Source: Candidatus Parvarchaeota archaeon (GTDB lineage Archaea > Nanobdellota > Nanobdellia > Parvarchaeales > Parvarchaeaceae). Taken from it: a stretch of 64,000 bases of DNA. Of the stretch, positions 18,891 through 28,742 are shown in pieces. Each line of letters opens with the position of its first letter. Within the stretch, counting starts at the first letter, position 1. The stretch covers positions 2,524 to 66,523 of the forward strand of contig JAMCRN010000009.1 of assembly GCA_023380585.1 (NCBI GenBank). Direction: 5' to 3'. Below the pieces are notes generated by a model. The model had not been told where the DNA came from and ran no database searches. It saw only the letters and a list, made by a program, of their open reading frames with translations. The translations under genes were made by a program, and so were the position numbers.

Positions 18891-20264
18891 CTATAGTATT
18901 TTTACGATATCGAATAGCTGGGAGATGTCGCTCTCTTTGTCTATACCCCATAAGAACTTAAGCACAGTCTCAGTCTTCTCTGCTCCGAGATTTTTACCGG
19001 CCAGATGCCTGAATTTTTCCTCGACTTCCCTGTCGCTCATAGGGTTATTGGGATGGCCCCTCTGGAAATATTCCTCTTCTGATAGGGTCCTGCCGTCCTT
19101 GAGCTTTAAAATAACCTTATTTGGTATGCCTTTGTATGGGTAGGCCATAGTAAACTCTTTATTCTCCTTCACCTTTACTTTTTTAAGGAATCTCAGAGTT
19201 TTATTATCTCTAAACCGTTTCCTAACAAACTGGTCTTCTGTTACGTCCCCGTCCATCAATGCAACTGTCGTTATGTAAGCTATGCTGTGATCTGCTGTCT
19301 CTTTGGTCTGCGGGTCCCATTTTTCAGGCTCCCTCTTTCTGTCCCCTATTATGGAAAAGCCTGCCTCTTGCGTTTCTATCGTCATAGAGTCAATGTCATC
19401 TATACTATCTATTTTACCCCTCAGTTTAAGGGCGGCGTCTATTGCAGTTTGAGAATGTATCTCTCCATCATGCTTCTTTATGTATGTCTTTTCTATCATA
19501 AACGGTGTTCTTTTCCCTCCAAAATCGCCAGTGTTTATAGAAAACTTTCCTGAAACTTCTTTCTGGAATCCATATTTGCCCTCAAATGTCTCTGATGGGC
19601 CTGTGAACCCCTTTTTTGCGATTATAGCGGAAAATACCGAATTTCTTACTGCATTAGACGCGGCTGCAGCTTTCCAGTTAGAAAGTTCCCCGACTCTGTT
19701 TTGTCTTGTGGAGAGGTTGTTAAGAGCGATGTTCACAGCTTGCGCAGACTGTTCAACGGAAGACTCCAACAATTTCGAAGCCGCAAGTGCATTGCCGGCC
19801 AATAAATAATTCACATGGTCCCACCCTCTTGCTCTAAGACTGGAAGCATCGCACAATCTGCATTGTATCTCATATCCTATAACGATCGACAATATCAAGT
19901 CCTTTCCGCTTTTATGCAGCATATCCGCAACTGCTAAAGCGCCAGCTATATTATCGCTTGGGTGTGCCGGCTCTTTAGATAGATAAGTGTCATTCCAATC
20001 CAGATATCTTATCGCGTATCCATTGCTGAAAGCCGCATGGTCAGGAGGAGCCTTGTACGCTGACCCTAGCAGAGTAGACGACCCTGGCCCATCGGTGTGG
20101 TAAACTGTATCTCTTATTGTCTTCACAGAATCATTATAGAAAGTATTTAGCCCGCAGCCCAAAGAGTCTATCAATCTCCTCTTGGTTTCTCTTATAGCGT
20201 TGGGAGAAAGGTCTTCGTATCTTAACTTGTAAGCATATTCTGCTAACGAATGTGATATGTCCAT
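18891..20264 (-). CDS. prpD: MmgE/PrpD family 2-methylcitrate dehydratase
   Basis: RYLDWNDTYL, HPSDN, GWDH, WKAAA, ETADHS, GHPNNP. Confidence 0.9.
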   Translation of the reverse strand: MDISHSLAEYAYKLRYEDLSPNAIRETKRRLIDSLGCGLNTFYNDSVKTIRDTVYHTDGPGSSTLLGSAYKAPPDHAAFSNGYAIRYLDWNDTYLSKEPAHPSDNIAGALAVADMLHKSGKDLILSIVIGYEIQCRLCDASSLRARGWDHVNYLLAGNALAASKLLESSVEQSAQAVNIALNNLSTRQNRVGELSNWKAAAASNAVRNSVFSAIIAKKGFTGPSETFEGKYGFQKEVSGKFSINTGDFGGKRTPFMIEKTYIKKHDGEIHSQTAIDAALKLRGKIDSIDDIDSMTIETQEAGFSIIGDRKREPEKWDPQTKETADHSIAYITTVALMDGDVTEDQFVRKRFRDNKTLRFLKKVKVKENKEFTMAYPYKGIPNKVILKLKDGRTLSEEEYFQRGHPNNPMSDREVEEKFRHLAGKNLGAEKTETVLKFLWGIDKESDISQLFDIVKIL

Positions 20265-20404
20265 CCTGACAATATAATAATCTCTTAAAATATAAAACCA
20301 TGCGGAGACGGGTATTTTTATAGTTTTACAGACACCTCAGTTAAAATCCCGGCAGACCAGCATAAGAAAAGTTTTATATTTTGTAGATGTATGTCATATT
20401 GCAT

Positions 20405-21040
20405 ATGGAAAATGCTTCAAGACCAAAATACTCCGCCGTGCCTTTAAAATACAAAGAAGTCCAGGGCATATCTGCAAAAACTTTTTCAGAGCATTTCAAG
20501 CTTTATGAGGGTTACGTAAACAAGACAAATGAAATATACGAAAAGATAGCAAGCGGGTTCGCAGACCCCTCGAAATCAGCAGGTACGTACAGCGAATATG
20601 GAGAAGCCAAAAGGCAGCTGTCATTCAATCTTGGAGGAATGTGGAATCACAAACTGTATTTCCATGATTTCGAGAACGGGGCGGGTACCAAACCTTCAGA
20701 ATCTCTAAGCAGAGCCATAACAAATGATTTTGGCTCATATGAAAAATGGAAAGAAGATTTTGTAGCCACAGGTATGGCTGCCCGTGGCTGGGCTATGCTG
20801 TGCTTTGGACTGGACGACGGACGGCTCCACAATATAGTCCTTGACGCACAAAATGCCGGGTTTCCGGCCACAGTCGTGCCTCTGATATTAATGGACGTTT
20901 ATGAACATGCGTATGTTATGGATTACGGCGTAGCGAGGAAACCGTACATAGATTCATTCTTCAACGCTATAAACTGGACTTACATATCAAAGCGATATGA
21001 CATCTCTGTAGAGATGCACAAACTTTGGTCAGCTCAATGA
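20405..21040 (+). CDS. sod: Fe/Mn superoxide dismutase
   Basis: H..LYEGYV, FNLGG..NH, DVYEHAY; start set to second ATG based on TATA spacing. Confidence 0.95.
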   Translation: MENASRPKYSAVPLKYKEVQGISAKTFSEHFKLYEGYVNKTNEIYEKIASGFADPSKSAGTYSEYGEAKRQLSFNLGGMWNHKLYFHDFENGAGTKPSESLSRAITNDFGSYEKWKEDFVATGMAARGWAMLCFGLDDGRLHNIVLDAQNAGFPATVVPLILMDVYEHAYVMDYGVARKPYIDSFFNAINWTYISKRYDISVEMHKLWSAQ

Positions 21041-21703
21041 ATGGTCATAAAAGCAGTCATATTCGACCTCAACGGGACTTTGATAGACGATTCAGAAATA
21101 ATCAATGAAGCATGGAGATCAGCTGCCGGTTCTATCGGTATAAGACTACCGGTAGATTTCGATTTTATCCGACGCGGATTGACATCCAGCGACATAATAA
21201 CAAAGATTCTAAAAGTCACTAATGCAGAGGAGATGTATGCGCTGCTAAAAAGGCGGAGCTATGAGATAAACAAGAATATAGACAGGTCCTTGCTTTTCCC
21301 GGACGTAATACCTGCTCTGGATAAATTAAAACAAAAACATAAGAATATTGCGATTGCAAGCAGCATGGAGCCGAATCTGATAGAGAGATTATTGGAGCTA
21401 ACAGGACTCAAGTCTTATGTAGATGGAGTAGCCTCATCCAAAGAGGTAAAAAATGGCAAGCCGGCACCAGATGTTTTCCTGCTAGCCGCAGATAGGCTTG
21501 GTCTGGGGCCGGGAGAGTGCATGGCCGTAGGAGACAGTCCAAACGATATCTTAGCCGGAAAAGCAGCTGGGATGATTAGCATATTCCTCAGCAGGAAAAA
21601 TGAAAAGTTCGAGGGAGCCTATACCAACATAAAAAGCATGGAAGAACTTGTGGAGAACGGGATAGGCGATCTTTTATTCCGCCAAGCGCCCGATAGTGAT
21701 TAA
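21041..21703 (+). CDS. HAD-superfamily phosphatase
   Basis: FDLNGTL, KPAPD, GDSPND. Confidence 0.9.
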   Translation: MVIKAVIFDLNGTLIDDSEIINEAWRSAAGSIGIRLPVDFDFIRRGLTSSDIITKILKVTNAEEMYALLKRRSYEINKNIDRSLLFPDVIPALDKLKQKHKNIAIASSMEPNLIERLLELTGLKSYVDGVASSKEVKNGKPAPDVFLLAADRLGLGPGECMAVGDSPNDILAGKAAGMISIFLSRKNEKFEGAYTNIKSMEELVENGIGDLLFRQAPDSD

Positions 21704-21726
21704 TAATAACAATTATTACTAATATA

Positions 21727-22263
21727 ATGGCCGAGGAATCCGATTTTCAAATAGGCAGCTTTTCTTACCCAGGATTAGCAGATGTTTTTTTGACAAGAGC
21801 GCAGAAATTTATAGATTACGTACTGGACTGGGGCCGTAAGAATTCATTATGGCCATTGACTTTTGGCACATCATGCTGTGCCATTGAGATGATGACGTTC
21901 GGGGCTACCAAGGTGGACGCTGACCGAATGGGTACGCTGTTTATGGCTGACAGTCCTAGGTTATCTGATCTGATACTAGTCAGCGGTACTATAACGAAAA
22001 AGATGGCTAGGAGGCTCCTGAACATGTACGAGCAGATGCTCTACCCAAAATATGTGATCGCTGTCGGAGCATGCAACGTCAGCGGAGGCCTGTATCACGA
22101 CAGCTACAACACTATAGAGGGAGTCGATAGGATAATACCTGTCGATGTTTATATCCCTGGATGCCCTCCGAGACCAGAGCAGTTCATGGACGCCGTTCGT
22201 GTGCTTCAGAGACTTATAAAAGAGAATGAGACGAAGGTCCAGAAATATGGCAGATATTATTGA
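21727..22263 (+). CDS. nuoB: Complex I-like subunit B
   Basis: GTSCCAIEM, SPR, GAC, PGCPPRPE. Confidence 0.95.
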   Translation: MAEESDFQIGSFSYPGLADVFLTRAQKFIDYVLDWGRKNSLWPLTFGTSCCAIEMMTFGATKVDADRMGTLFMADSPRLSDLILVSGTITKKMARRLLNMYEQMLYPKYVIAVGACNVSGGLYHDSYNTIEGVDRIIPVDVYIPGCPPRPEQFMDAVRVLQRLIKENETKVQKYGRYY

Positions 22264-22714
22264 CGATTTAAAGCTTAAACTAAAGGATAAAATCTCCGTC
22301 TTATATAGTGACCCTAAGGAACCAGTGGTGGCATTAGCTGACAAGACTGCAATAAAGCCGGTCGCTTCTATAATAAGCAAAAGCTTTGATATACTCTTCA
22401 TGCTGGTCGTGGTAGACAGAGCACCAAAATTTGAGCTAAATTACCTCTTTTCAAGGTACTCTGATGACAAGACCATAACGCTTAGGGTCGTAGTAGACGA
22501 AAAAGACTATGCGATAGATTCTATCTGCAGTGTCTTCGACTCTGCTAATTGGGAGGAGAGGGAAGCTTATGACCTTTTCGGTATAAAATTTACAGGCCAT
22601 CCTGACATGAGAAGAATACTGCTGCCAGAGGACTGGCCTGGATTCCCTCTGCGTAAGGACTTCAAAGTCACCGATGAGATAAGAAATTGGACCGGTTTGG
22701 ACCTTAAATTCTGA
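22247..22714 (+). CDS. nuoC: Complex I-like subunit C
   Basis: EREAYDLFGIKFTGHPDMRRILLP...PLRKDF. Confidence 0.95.
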   Translation: MADIIDDLKLKLKDKISVLYSDPKEPVVALADKTAIKPVASIISKSFDILFMLVVVDRAPKFELNYLFSRYSDDKTITLRVVVDEKDYAIDSICSVFDSANWEEREAYDLFGIKFTGHPDMRRILLPEDWPGFPLRKDFKVTDEIRNWTGLDLKF

Positions 22715-22717
22715 ATT

Positions 22718-23818
22718 ATGGAAAAACGTCACGGAATAGTATTGAATATGGGGCCAGTCCATCCTTCCACACATGGCGTCTTGAAAGTCGTAGTAGATAT
22801 AGAGGGGGACACTATAAAAAAGGCCGTAACTGAGATAGGTTTCCTGCACAGAGGAAAAGAAAAATTAGCAGAGATAAGGTACTTCTCAAATTATTACCCG
22901 ATAGTCGATAAACTAGATTACCTATCCGCGTTAAGCATGGAGACTCTTTATGCAAGTCTTATAGAAAAAGCCGCAGATATAAAGATACCAGAGAGAGCGG
23001 TTTATCTTAGGACTATTTTTGTGGAGATACAGAGAATAATGAGCCATCTTCTCTTTATAGGCGCCTTCGGACAGGATGTAGGCAATATCACAGGCCTTAT
23101 ATGGGGGCTTAGGGAGAGAGAATTGCTTATGACGCTTGTAGAAGAGGTCAGCGGCGGCCGTCTGGCCCCGATGTATATGACCAATGGAGGAATGTTCTAT
23201 GACGTGCCTAAAGACTTCGGCGACAAATTAGTCGATATACTCGACAAGATAGAGAAGAAACTGGAAAAAGACTATGTCGCAATGTTCCAAAACAACGAGC
23301 TTTTCAAGATAAGGACCAAAGGCGTCGGTGTAATAGACTCTCAAACGGTAAAGAGACTTGGTATAACCGGCCCAAACATGCGCGCAAGCGGAATAACACG
23401 TGACCTTAGGAAAGATCAGCCCTATCTTGCTTACGACAAACTTGAATTTGATATAGCCAGCGAGAAAGAAGGAGACTCATATGCCAGATTCATGGTAAGG
23501 GTAGAGGAGGTATTTCAGTCAATAAAGATAATAAAACAGGCGCTAAGGCTCCTTCCAGACGGCCCGGTAGTGACAAAGACTCCATGGCTACTTAAGATAC
23601 CTCCAAAGTACACTTTTGTAAGGCATGAAACGCCTCGTGGAGAGATGTCCTTCTATCTGGTGACAGACGGCAGCGAAAAAGCTTACAGACTTAAGATAAG
23701 AAGCCCGACATTCTTCTCAATAAGAGCCCTTGAAGAAGTTCTTGTGGGTTCCAAAGTTGCCGATGCGGTGGTAATCATAGCAAGCATAGACCCAGTTATG
23801 GGGGAAGTGGACAGATGA
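22718..23818 (+). CDS. nuoD: Complex I-like subunit D
   Basis: NMGPVHPSTHGVL, GFLHRG.EK, C-terminal DPVMGEVDR; no NiFe cysteines. Confidence 0.95.
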   Translation: MEKRHGIVLNMGPVHPSTHGVLKVVVDIEGDTIKKAVTEIGFLHRGKEKLAEIRYFSNYYPIVDKLDYLSALSMETLYASLIEKAADIKIPERAVYLRTIFVEIQRIMSHLLFIGAFGQDVGNITGLIWGLRERELLMTLVEEVSGGRLAPMYMTNGGMFYDVPKDFGDKLVDILDKIEKKLEKDYVAMFQNNELFKIRTKGVGVIDSQTVKRLGITGPNMRASGITRDLRKDQPYLAYDKLEFDIASEKEGDSYARFMVRVEEVFQSIKIIKQALRLLPDGPVVTKTPWLLKIPPKYTFVRHETPRGEMSFYLVTDGSEKAYRLKIRSPTFFSIRALEEVLVGSKVADAVVIIASIDPVMGEVDR

Positions 23819-24816
23819 TAGTCGACATATTTCTAGGTTACGTGTCAATGTTCGTCGGCGAGCCGATAGCTTACATAATATCGCTTCTGCTCGCTTTTAT
23901 CGCTGCTCTCATACTTACCGGATTTATACCGATATTCGTAGGATGGGTGGACAGGAAGCTTTCAGCCAGGATACAGTCCAGGTACGGACCTGTCTATGTA
24001 GGTCCATTCGGGCTTTTACAAAACGTGGCAGACGCGATAAAGCTGCTGGGAAAAAGCTTTCTGACAACGGACGTCGACTGGCTCGTATTCAATTTCGTCC
24101 CGATAGCGATGACGACGGCATCTTTTTTGATGATTAGTATAATACCTCTTGGCCTTCCAGGGTTCTCTTTCATTTCTGTACCTTTCGACGCTATATTCAT
24201 ATATGTGCTGGTAGCAGTCACACCACTTTTTGTGCTTTTGGCCGGATGGGGGTCAAATAACAAGTATTCAATGATAGGTGGGTTTCGAGGAGCTGCACAG
24301 ATAGCGACATACGAGCTTACTTTTCTTCTCTCCATAATAAGCATATCAATGCTTGCAGGAGGCTATAATTTCAGCACGATCGTAACAGGCCAGAGCAAAT
24401 TATGGTATATAGCGTACTTCCCTCTAACGTTTTTAGCGTTTGTGGTAGCCAGTCAAGCCACTATAGAAAGAGAGCCTTTTGACCTCCCGGAAGCGTCTCA
24501 GGAGTTACAGGCTGGGTGGGAGATAGAATATGGCGGGATTAAATACGGGCTTTTCTTCGTTTCGGACTATGTAAGGCTAACAGTGATCTCCATGCTTATA
24601 GTGTATTTTTTCTTAGGAGGATGGCTTGGTCCTTCTATCTTACCTGCGATAGTTTGGTTCTGGCTAAAGACCGCAGTTGTACTTTTCCTTTTGATGGTGC
24701 CTAGATGGGTGCTAGGCCGCCCCCGCATAGACCAGCTGCTGAGATTTGGGTGGAATTGGCTCCTGCCATTAGCAGTATTTAATTTATTAATCGTAGGGGC
24801 GCTTATATTTGTATGA
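23815..24816 (+). CDS. nuoH: Complex I-like subunit H
   Basis: RK..ARIQSRYGP, GLLQ..ADAIKL, SNNKYS, PFDLPEA, RPRIDQ. Confidence 0.95.
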   Translation: MIVDIFLGYVSMFVGEPIAYIISLLLAFIAALILTGFIPIFVGWVDRKLSARIQSRYGPVYVGPFGLLQNVADAIKLLGKSFLTTDVDWLVFNFVPIAMTTASFLMISIIPLGLPGFSFISVPFDAIFIYVLVAVTPLFVLLAGWGSNNKYSMIGGFRGAAQIATYELTFLLSIISISMLAGGYNFSTIVTGQSKLWYIAYFPLTFLAFVVASQATIEREPFDLPEASQELQAGWEIEYGGIKYGLFFVSDYVRLTVISMLIVYFFLGGWLGPSILPAIVWFWLKTAVVLFLLMVPRWVLGRPRIDQLLRFGWNWLLPLAVFNLLIVGALIFV

Positions 24817-25313
24817 GCCTGAAAGACACGGTCAAAGTGATAGGTTATGGGCTAAAGAACGTATCTGAGAAGCCAGTAACAGTGATGTATCCCGACGTTC
24901 CGCTGCCGATACAGACCAGAAGCCGGGGCATGCTGAGTCTGGATCTGGACAATTGTATAGGCTGCGAGCTATGTTTTCGCATATGCCCTGCGGATGCGAT
25001 AAGGATGGAAAAAATAAACCTGCATATGCCCAGGAACCCAAGAGACGAAGCACCAGCAATAGATTTTAATAAATGCATATTCTGCGGCCTATGCAGCGAG
25101 ATTTGTCCGCCGAACGTTCTGCACCATACGCATAAGTATGATATATCGACAGAGAATAGGGAAGACCTTGTTTATTCTCCATTTAAACTCAAGAAGGTAT
25201 ATCTTGATCTTGTAGCGCCACATAAAGATGAATATGAATTTAGGATAAAGAAAGAAGAACCGAAACAGCAGGATAAGACTGAGAAAGTTCCCGGGGCGGA
25301 CAACTCTAAGTAA
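24813..25313 (+). CDS. nuoI: Complex I-like subunit I (2x 4Fe-4S)
   Basis: Two CxxCxxCxxxCP motifs. Confidence 0.95.
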   Translation: MSLKDTVKVIGYGLKNVSEKPVTVMYPDVPLPIQTRSRGMLSLDLDNCIGCELCFRICPADAIRMEKINLHMPRNPRDEAPAIDFNKCIFCGLCSEICPPNVLHHTHKYDISTENREDLVYSPFKLKKVYLDLVAPHKDEYEFRIKKEEPKQQDKTEKVPGADNSK

Positions 25314-25989
25314 CTCTTTGGAACTTAGATATAACTCTAGAATATATACCGTATATCAGAGAATACAGCTTTAGGAAGTATCTGGACGAAAATACGAAAT
25401 ATACGAATAAAAACGCTATGCTAACTCCAAGAGCGGCTCCGGCCAATACATCAGTGGGGTAATGCACTCCTACATAGACCCTAGAGAAAGAGACCAAAAG
25501 TGCTTCGAATAAGAGCGGAATAGAATAACGCTTTTTAAGAAAGAGCAATGCTACCGCGGCCCCTCCGAATACAATCAGTGCATGACCAGATGGAAAAGAG
25601 GAATCGCTATCCCTTGGTACGAGAACATGAGCCACCTGCATAACATCGAAAGGCCTCGGCCTATAGTATACGGTCTTCAATAACAAACCGACTACGATTA
25701 TAATTACAAACACTAATGCCATAGCCAAAGCTGCCTTTTTTTCGTTTTCTTTCCCGAGTATCCATACAAGGGCGACTACCGGCACCCAAAAATAGGACCT
25801 TCCATACAAAGAGACCAAAGAGAAGAAACCATCAAGCGCCGGAACATTCAGACCGGAATTTATAAAGTTAAACGCAGAGACATCAAAGCTGTAGATTACT
25901 TTGTAGTTGACGAGAATGAATATCAATATAAATGCAGCTAGAGATATGATTCCAGATATAAAAAGCCGGTTTTTATCCATCTTAAACAT
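25306..25989 (-). CDS. PAP2-family membrane phosphatase
   Basis: K.....RPRP, SFPSGH, SRVYVGVHYPTD; start set to ATG 25989. Confidence 0.92.
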   Translation of the reverse strand: MFKMDKNRLFISGIISLAAFILIFILVNYKVIYSFDVSAFNFINSGLNVPALDGFFSLVSLYGRSYFWVPVVALVWILGKENEKKAALAMALVFVIIIVVGLLLKTVYYRPRPFDVMQVAHVLVPRDSDSSFPSGHALIVFGGAAVALLFLKKRYSIPLLFEALLVSFSRVYVGVHYPTDVLAGAALGVSIAFLFVYFVFSSRYFLKLYSLIYGIYSRVISKFQRVT

Positions 25990-26032
25990 TATAAAGAATA
26001 AGTTTAAATCCTTTTGTTTCGCTTGATAAGCT

Positions 26033-26761
26033 ATGGAGGAAAAGAAGCTCGATATCGCCGCGTTCCAGCTCCAAGATTCCGACGCAGAGATAAACATAGG
26101 CGATATAATAGACGAGTATCTGAATGAGGAGACGCGTCCAAAAAGGATAGGCTCATACTACCCGAGTGAAATAGGGATGTGTATCAGGCGGAGCTACTAC
26201 TCCTATTTCATATCAAAACCTACTGAACCGAAAGCGCTTAGGATATTTGCACTCGGCAATAACGTGCATGAGTTTATAGCCAGAGCTTTAAAAGACTCGG
26301 ACAGGTTCGAGGTAGTGGAGGAAGAAAAGCCGATAAAGATAAACTATGTCGATGGCGAGACAAGTTTCTCTATCTATGGCAGGATAGACGACTATGTGGT
26401 CTCTAAAGGAAACACAAAGAAGGTCATAATAGAGGCAAAATCTACTAGCGACGTAGACAAGATAACCGTGCCCGAGGATAAGCATGTCATGCAGATAATG
26501 CTGTATCTAGCCGCTGAGAAGACGGATTACGGGATAATAGTGTATGCTGACAAGAAGAATTTGCAGATAAAGCAGTTCAAGGTAGAGTACAACGAAAGCG
26601 TATACAACAAAGTGATCCAAAGGTTCAAAGATCTGGACTATCATCTAAAGAAGAAGAAGTTGCCTCCAGCAGAGTACTATTTTGACAATAAAAAAGTGTG
26701 GGAATGCAAATACTGCCCTTACTACAATGAGTGCATGCAGGCCATAGCCAACGGAGATTGA
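26033..26761 (+). CDS. Solo Cas4-like / PD-(D/E)XK exonuclease with Fe-S cluster
   Basis: PSEIGMC.R, GRID, IIEAKS, Q..LY, CKYCPYYNEC. Confidence 0.88.
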   Translation: MEEKKLDIAAFQLQDSDAEINIGDIIDEYLNEETRPKRIGSYYPSEIGMCIRRSYYSYFISKPTEPKALRIFALGNNVHEFIARALKDSDRFEVVEEEKPIKINYVDGETSFSIYGRIDDYVVSKGNTKKVIIEAKSTSDVDKITVPEDKHVMQIMLYLAAEKTDYGIIVYADKKNLQIKQFKVEYNESVYNKVIQRFKDLDYHLKKKKLPPAEYYFDNKKVWECKYCPYYNECMQAIANGD

Positions 26762-26766
26762 GCTGA

Positions 26767-28143
26767 TCAGGGAGTTATTTCTATATCGTCGTACGGCCCG
26801 ATATCGTCCGTTATATTATTTATCATTTGATACAAAGGAGGGGATAAAACTGCTATATGGCCTGGGTTAGACCTGTATGAAACGTATACATACCCATTCG
26901 GAGTAACTGCGACGCCAGGTACCTGGTCGCCAAAAAAATTAGGCAATGTTATATTATCTTCTATGGCATACGTTTTCGGATTTATGATTAAAAGCGAAGA
27001 ATTTGGCGATTTAACCTCTGTTAAATAGACATTTCCATTGGAATAAGTGATTGCTTGCGGATTAGGCCCGGTGGATATGTTTATTATATACGAATTTGTT
27101 GTGGAATTAAAAACAGAAACTGTATCCCCTTCCCAATTCCCTACCCAGACGGTGCCATTAACAGCCTGTACAAAAACAGGATAACTTAAACCAGTTATAT
27201 TCTTGATTATCTTGCCTGCTGATGGGGAAACAACGAACACGTAATTTTGTCCCGACAGCCCGCAAGTCGGCCATCCATTCTCATTAGTTATATAAACATC
27301 TCCAGTATCGCTTACGCCTAAAGTAGAGATACAATTTGTAGGGATAGGGATAATTTGGGTTACACTATTTTTATCTAAACTGTAAGCCACCAAATCTCCA
27401 GCCTTTCCAGTCCCATTGAACAGGTATAAGAAACTCCCATTTAAACTGTAAACGCCCTGTCCAGCGTTTGGTATGTTTACAATTTTTGCAGGAGCCAGGG
27501 TATTTATGTTAACAATAGAGAATGAATCGGTAGAGTTTCTGAACAAGATGTAACTAGAATTAGGGGATTTCATAACAAAATAAGGTTCGAAAGCACCGAA
27601 GCGTTTTATTACTGTATCCGTGAACGTTGATGCTATATCAGTATAATTTGAATCCGCCATAGCTATTATTATGTAAGAATTCTTACTGCTGGTTTTGCCG
27701 AAGACTGAACCTGTTGAGATGTAAGGCCCAGAGAAAACCTGGCCCGGCTCTGTATAATTTATGTATACAGAATATGAATATACAGAGCCAATAACGGAAG
27801 GACAAACTCCGGGGACTAGAAAAGTGCTCATGGTATTTGGTGGTACCAAGGTATTAACGTCTGGGTAGTCCAAGTATTTTTTAGATCCGGATATTAACTC
27901 TATTTGTGAGATGTTTATAAGATTTCCAGTAGAGTCCCCAAGTGTCAAATAAAGGCCTTGATTCTGCACACAGGAAGCAGAAACGGTTCCTAAACCGGCG
28001 AAGCCTGTGACTGTGGCTGATATACTTGAGGATGGGGAGAAGATACCTAGGGAGTATAGGACTGCGGCTACGATGACTATTATGAGAATGGCCCAGCCAT
28101 AGGTCATCATGTACTCTAGGGCTGACTGGGATTTGGTTCTCAT
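26767..28143 (-). CDS. Pilin-like adhesin: class III signal peptide plus YVTN/YncE-like beta-propeller
   Basis: KSQSALEYMMTYGWAILII N-terminus; repeated VYIT/VWVG/VYLT/VYVS blades with 'TVSVF..T...I..I..G..P'. Confidence 0.85.
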   Translation of the reverse strand: MRTKSQSALEYMMTYGWAILIIVIVAAVLYSLGIFSPSSSISATVTGFAGLGTVSASCVQNQGLYLTLGDSTGNLINISQIELISGSKKYLDYPDVNTLVPPNTMSTFLVPGVCPSVIGSVYSYSVYINYTEPGQVFSGPYISTGSVFGKTSSKNSYIIIAMADSNYTDIASTFTDTVIKRFGAFEPYFVMKSPNSSYILFRNSTDSFSIVNINTLAPAKIVNIPNAGQGVYSLNGSFLYLFNGTGKAGDLVAYSLDKNSVTQIIPIPTNCISTLGVSDTGDVYITNENGWPTCGLSGQNYVFVVSPSAGKIIKNITGLSYPVFVQAVNGTVWVGNWEGDTVSVFNSTTNSYIINISTGPNPQAITYSNGNVYLTEVKSPNSSLLIINPKTYAIEDNITLPNFFGDQVPGVAVTPNGYVYVSYRSNPGHIAVLSPPLYQMINNITDDIGPYDDIEITP

Positions 28144-28283
28144 ACATTGATAGGTAGTATTGTCTTCTTCAAAGAAGAGTTTTACACACCGCCTTACAAG
28201 TTTTATAGACTAGAAGTATTTAAGTATTTAAAATAAAAGTACTGTATATCTTCACACCGTAATTAAATATCCGGCAAATATAA

Positions 28284-28742
28284 TTATTTTCGCAATATCT
28301 TGCAAGTCCAAGACTCCGGGACAGATACCTTATCAAGTTCTGATAATATAAGCTGTCTCTTCTTTTTGTCAGGTAGGCTTTCGAAAGTCAGATAAATAGT
28401 CTCTTCTTCTGTTTTATCATGTAGTAAAAGAACGTTTATGAGCGCAGTCGTCCTCTTGTAGCATTCCTCAAGTCGGTTATCTTTAATAAGAGAGCTTATA
28501 GCCGTAAGTAGGTTCCAGATCCCTCCATGGTCTCCTTCCAGTCTTTTTATTAATCCTTCCGTTTCTCCGTTTCTTACTGCTGGGAAAAGGACTTCCTCCT
28601 CCCAAAATATGTGGTTTTTTAGTTCTTTTTCTGCCGTCAAAAAACCTGCTGTGTCTACTCTCCCTGTCTTAAGGCCGTCCCAAAAATTATTCAGACTAAT
28701 CGCAATCCTTGCGTGGTCATCCTGCAAAATATCATTGAGCAT
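28284..28742 (-). CDS. Hemerythrin-domain protein
   Basis: L..DH, HIFWEEEVLFP, DH, H...EE..IY. Confidence 0.88.
   Translation of the reverse strand: MLNDILQDDHARIAISLNNFWDGLKTGRVDTAGFLTAEKELKNHIFWEEEVLFPAVRNGETEGLIKRLEGDHGGIWNLLTAISSLIKDNRLEECYKRTTALINVLLLHDKTEEETIYLTFESLPDKKKRQLILSELDKVSVPESWTCKILRK

Noticed and set aside
22718-23818. Group 4 NiFe hydrogenase large subunit
   Set aside because: Both CxxC metal-binding motifs are absent (DKLDY; DPVMGEVDR).
26033-26761. CRISPR-Cas locus
   Set aside because: No repeat-spacer array and no other cas genes were seen.
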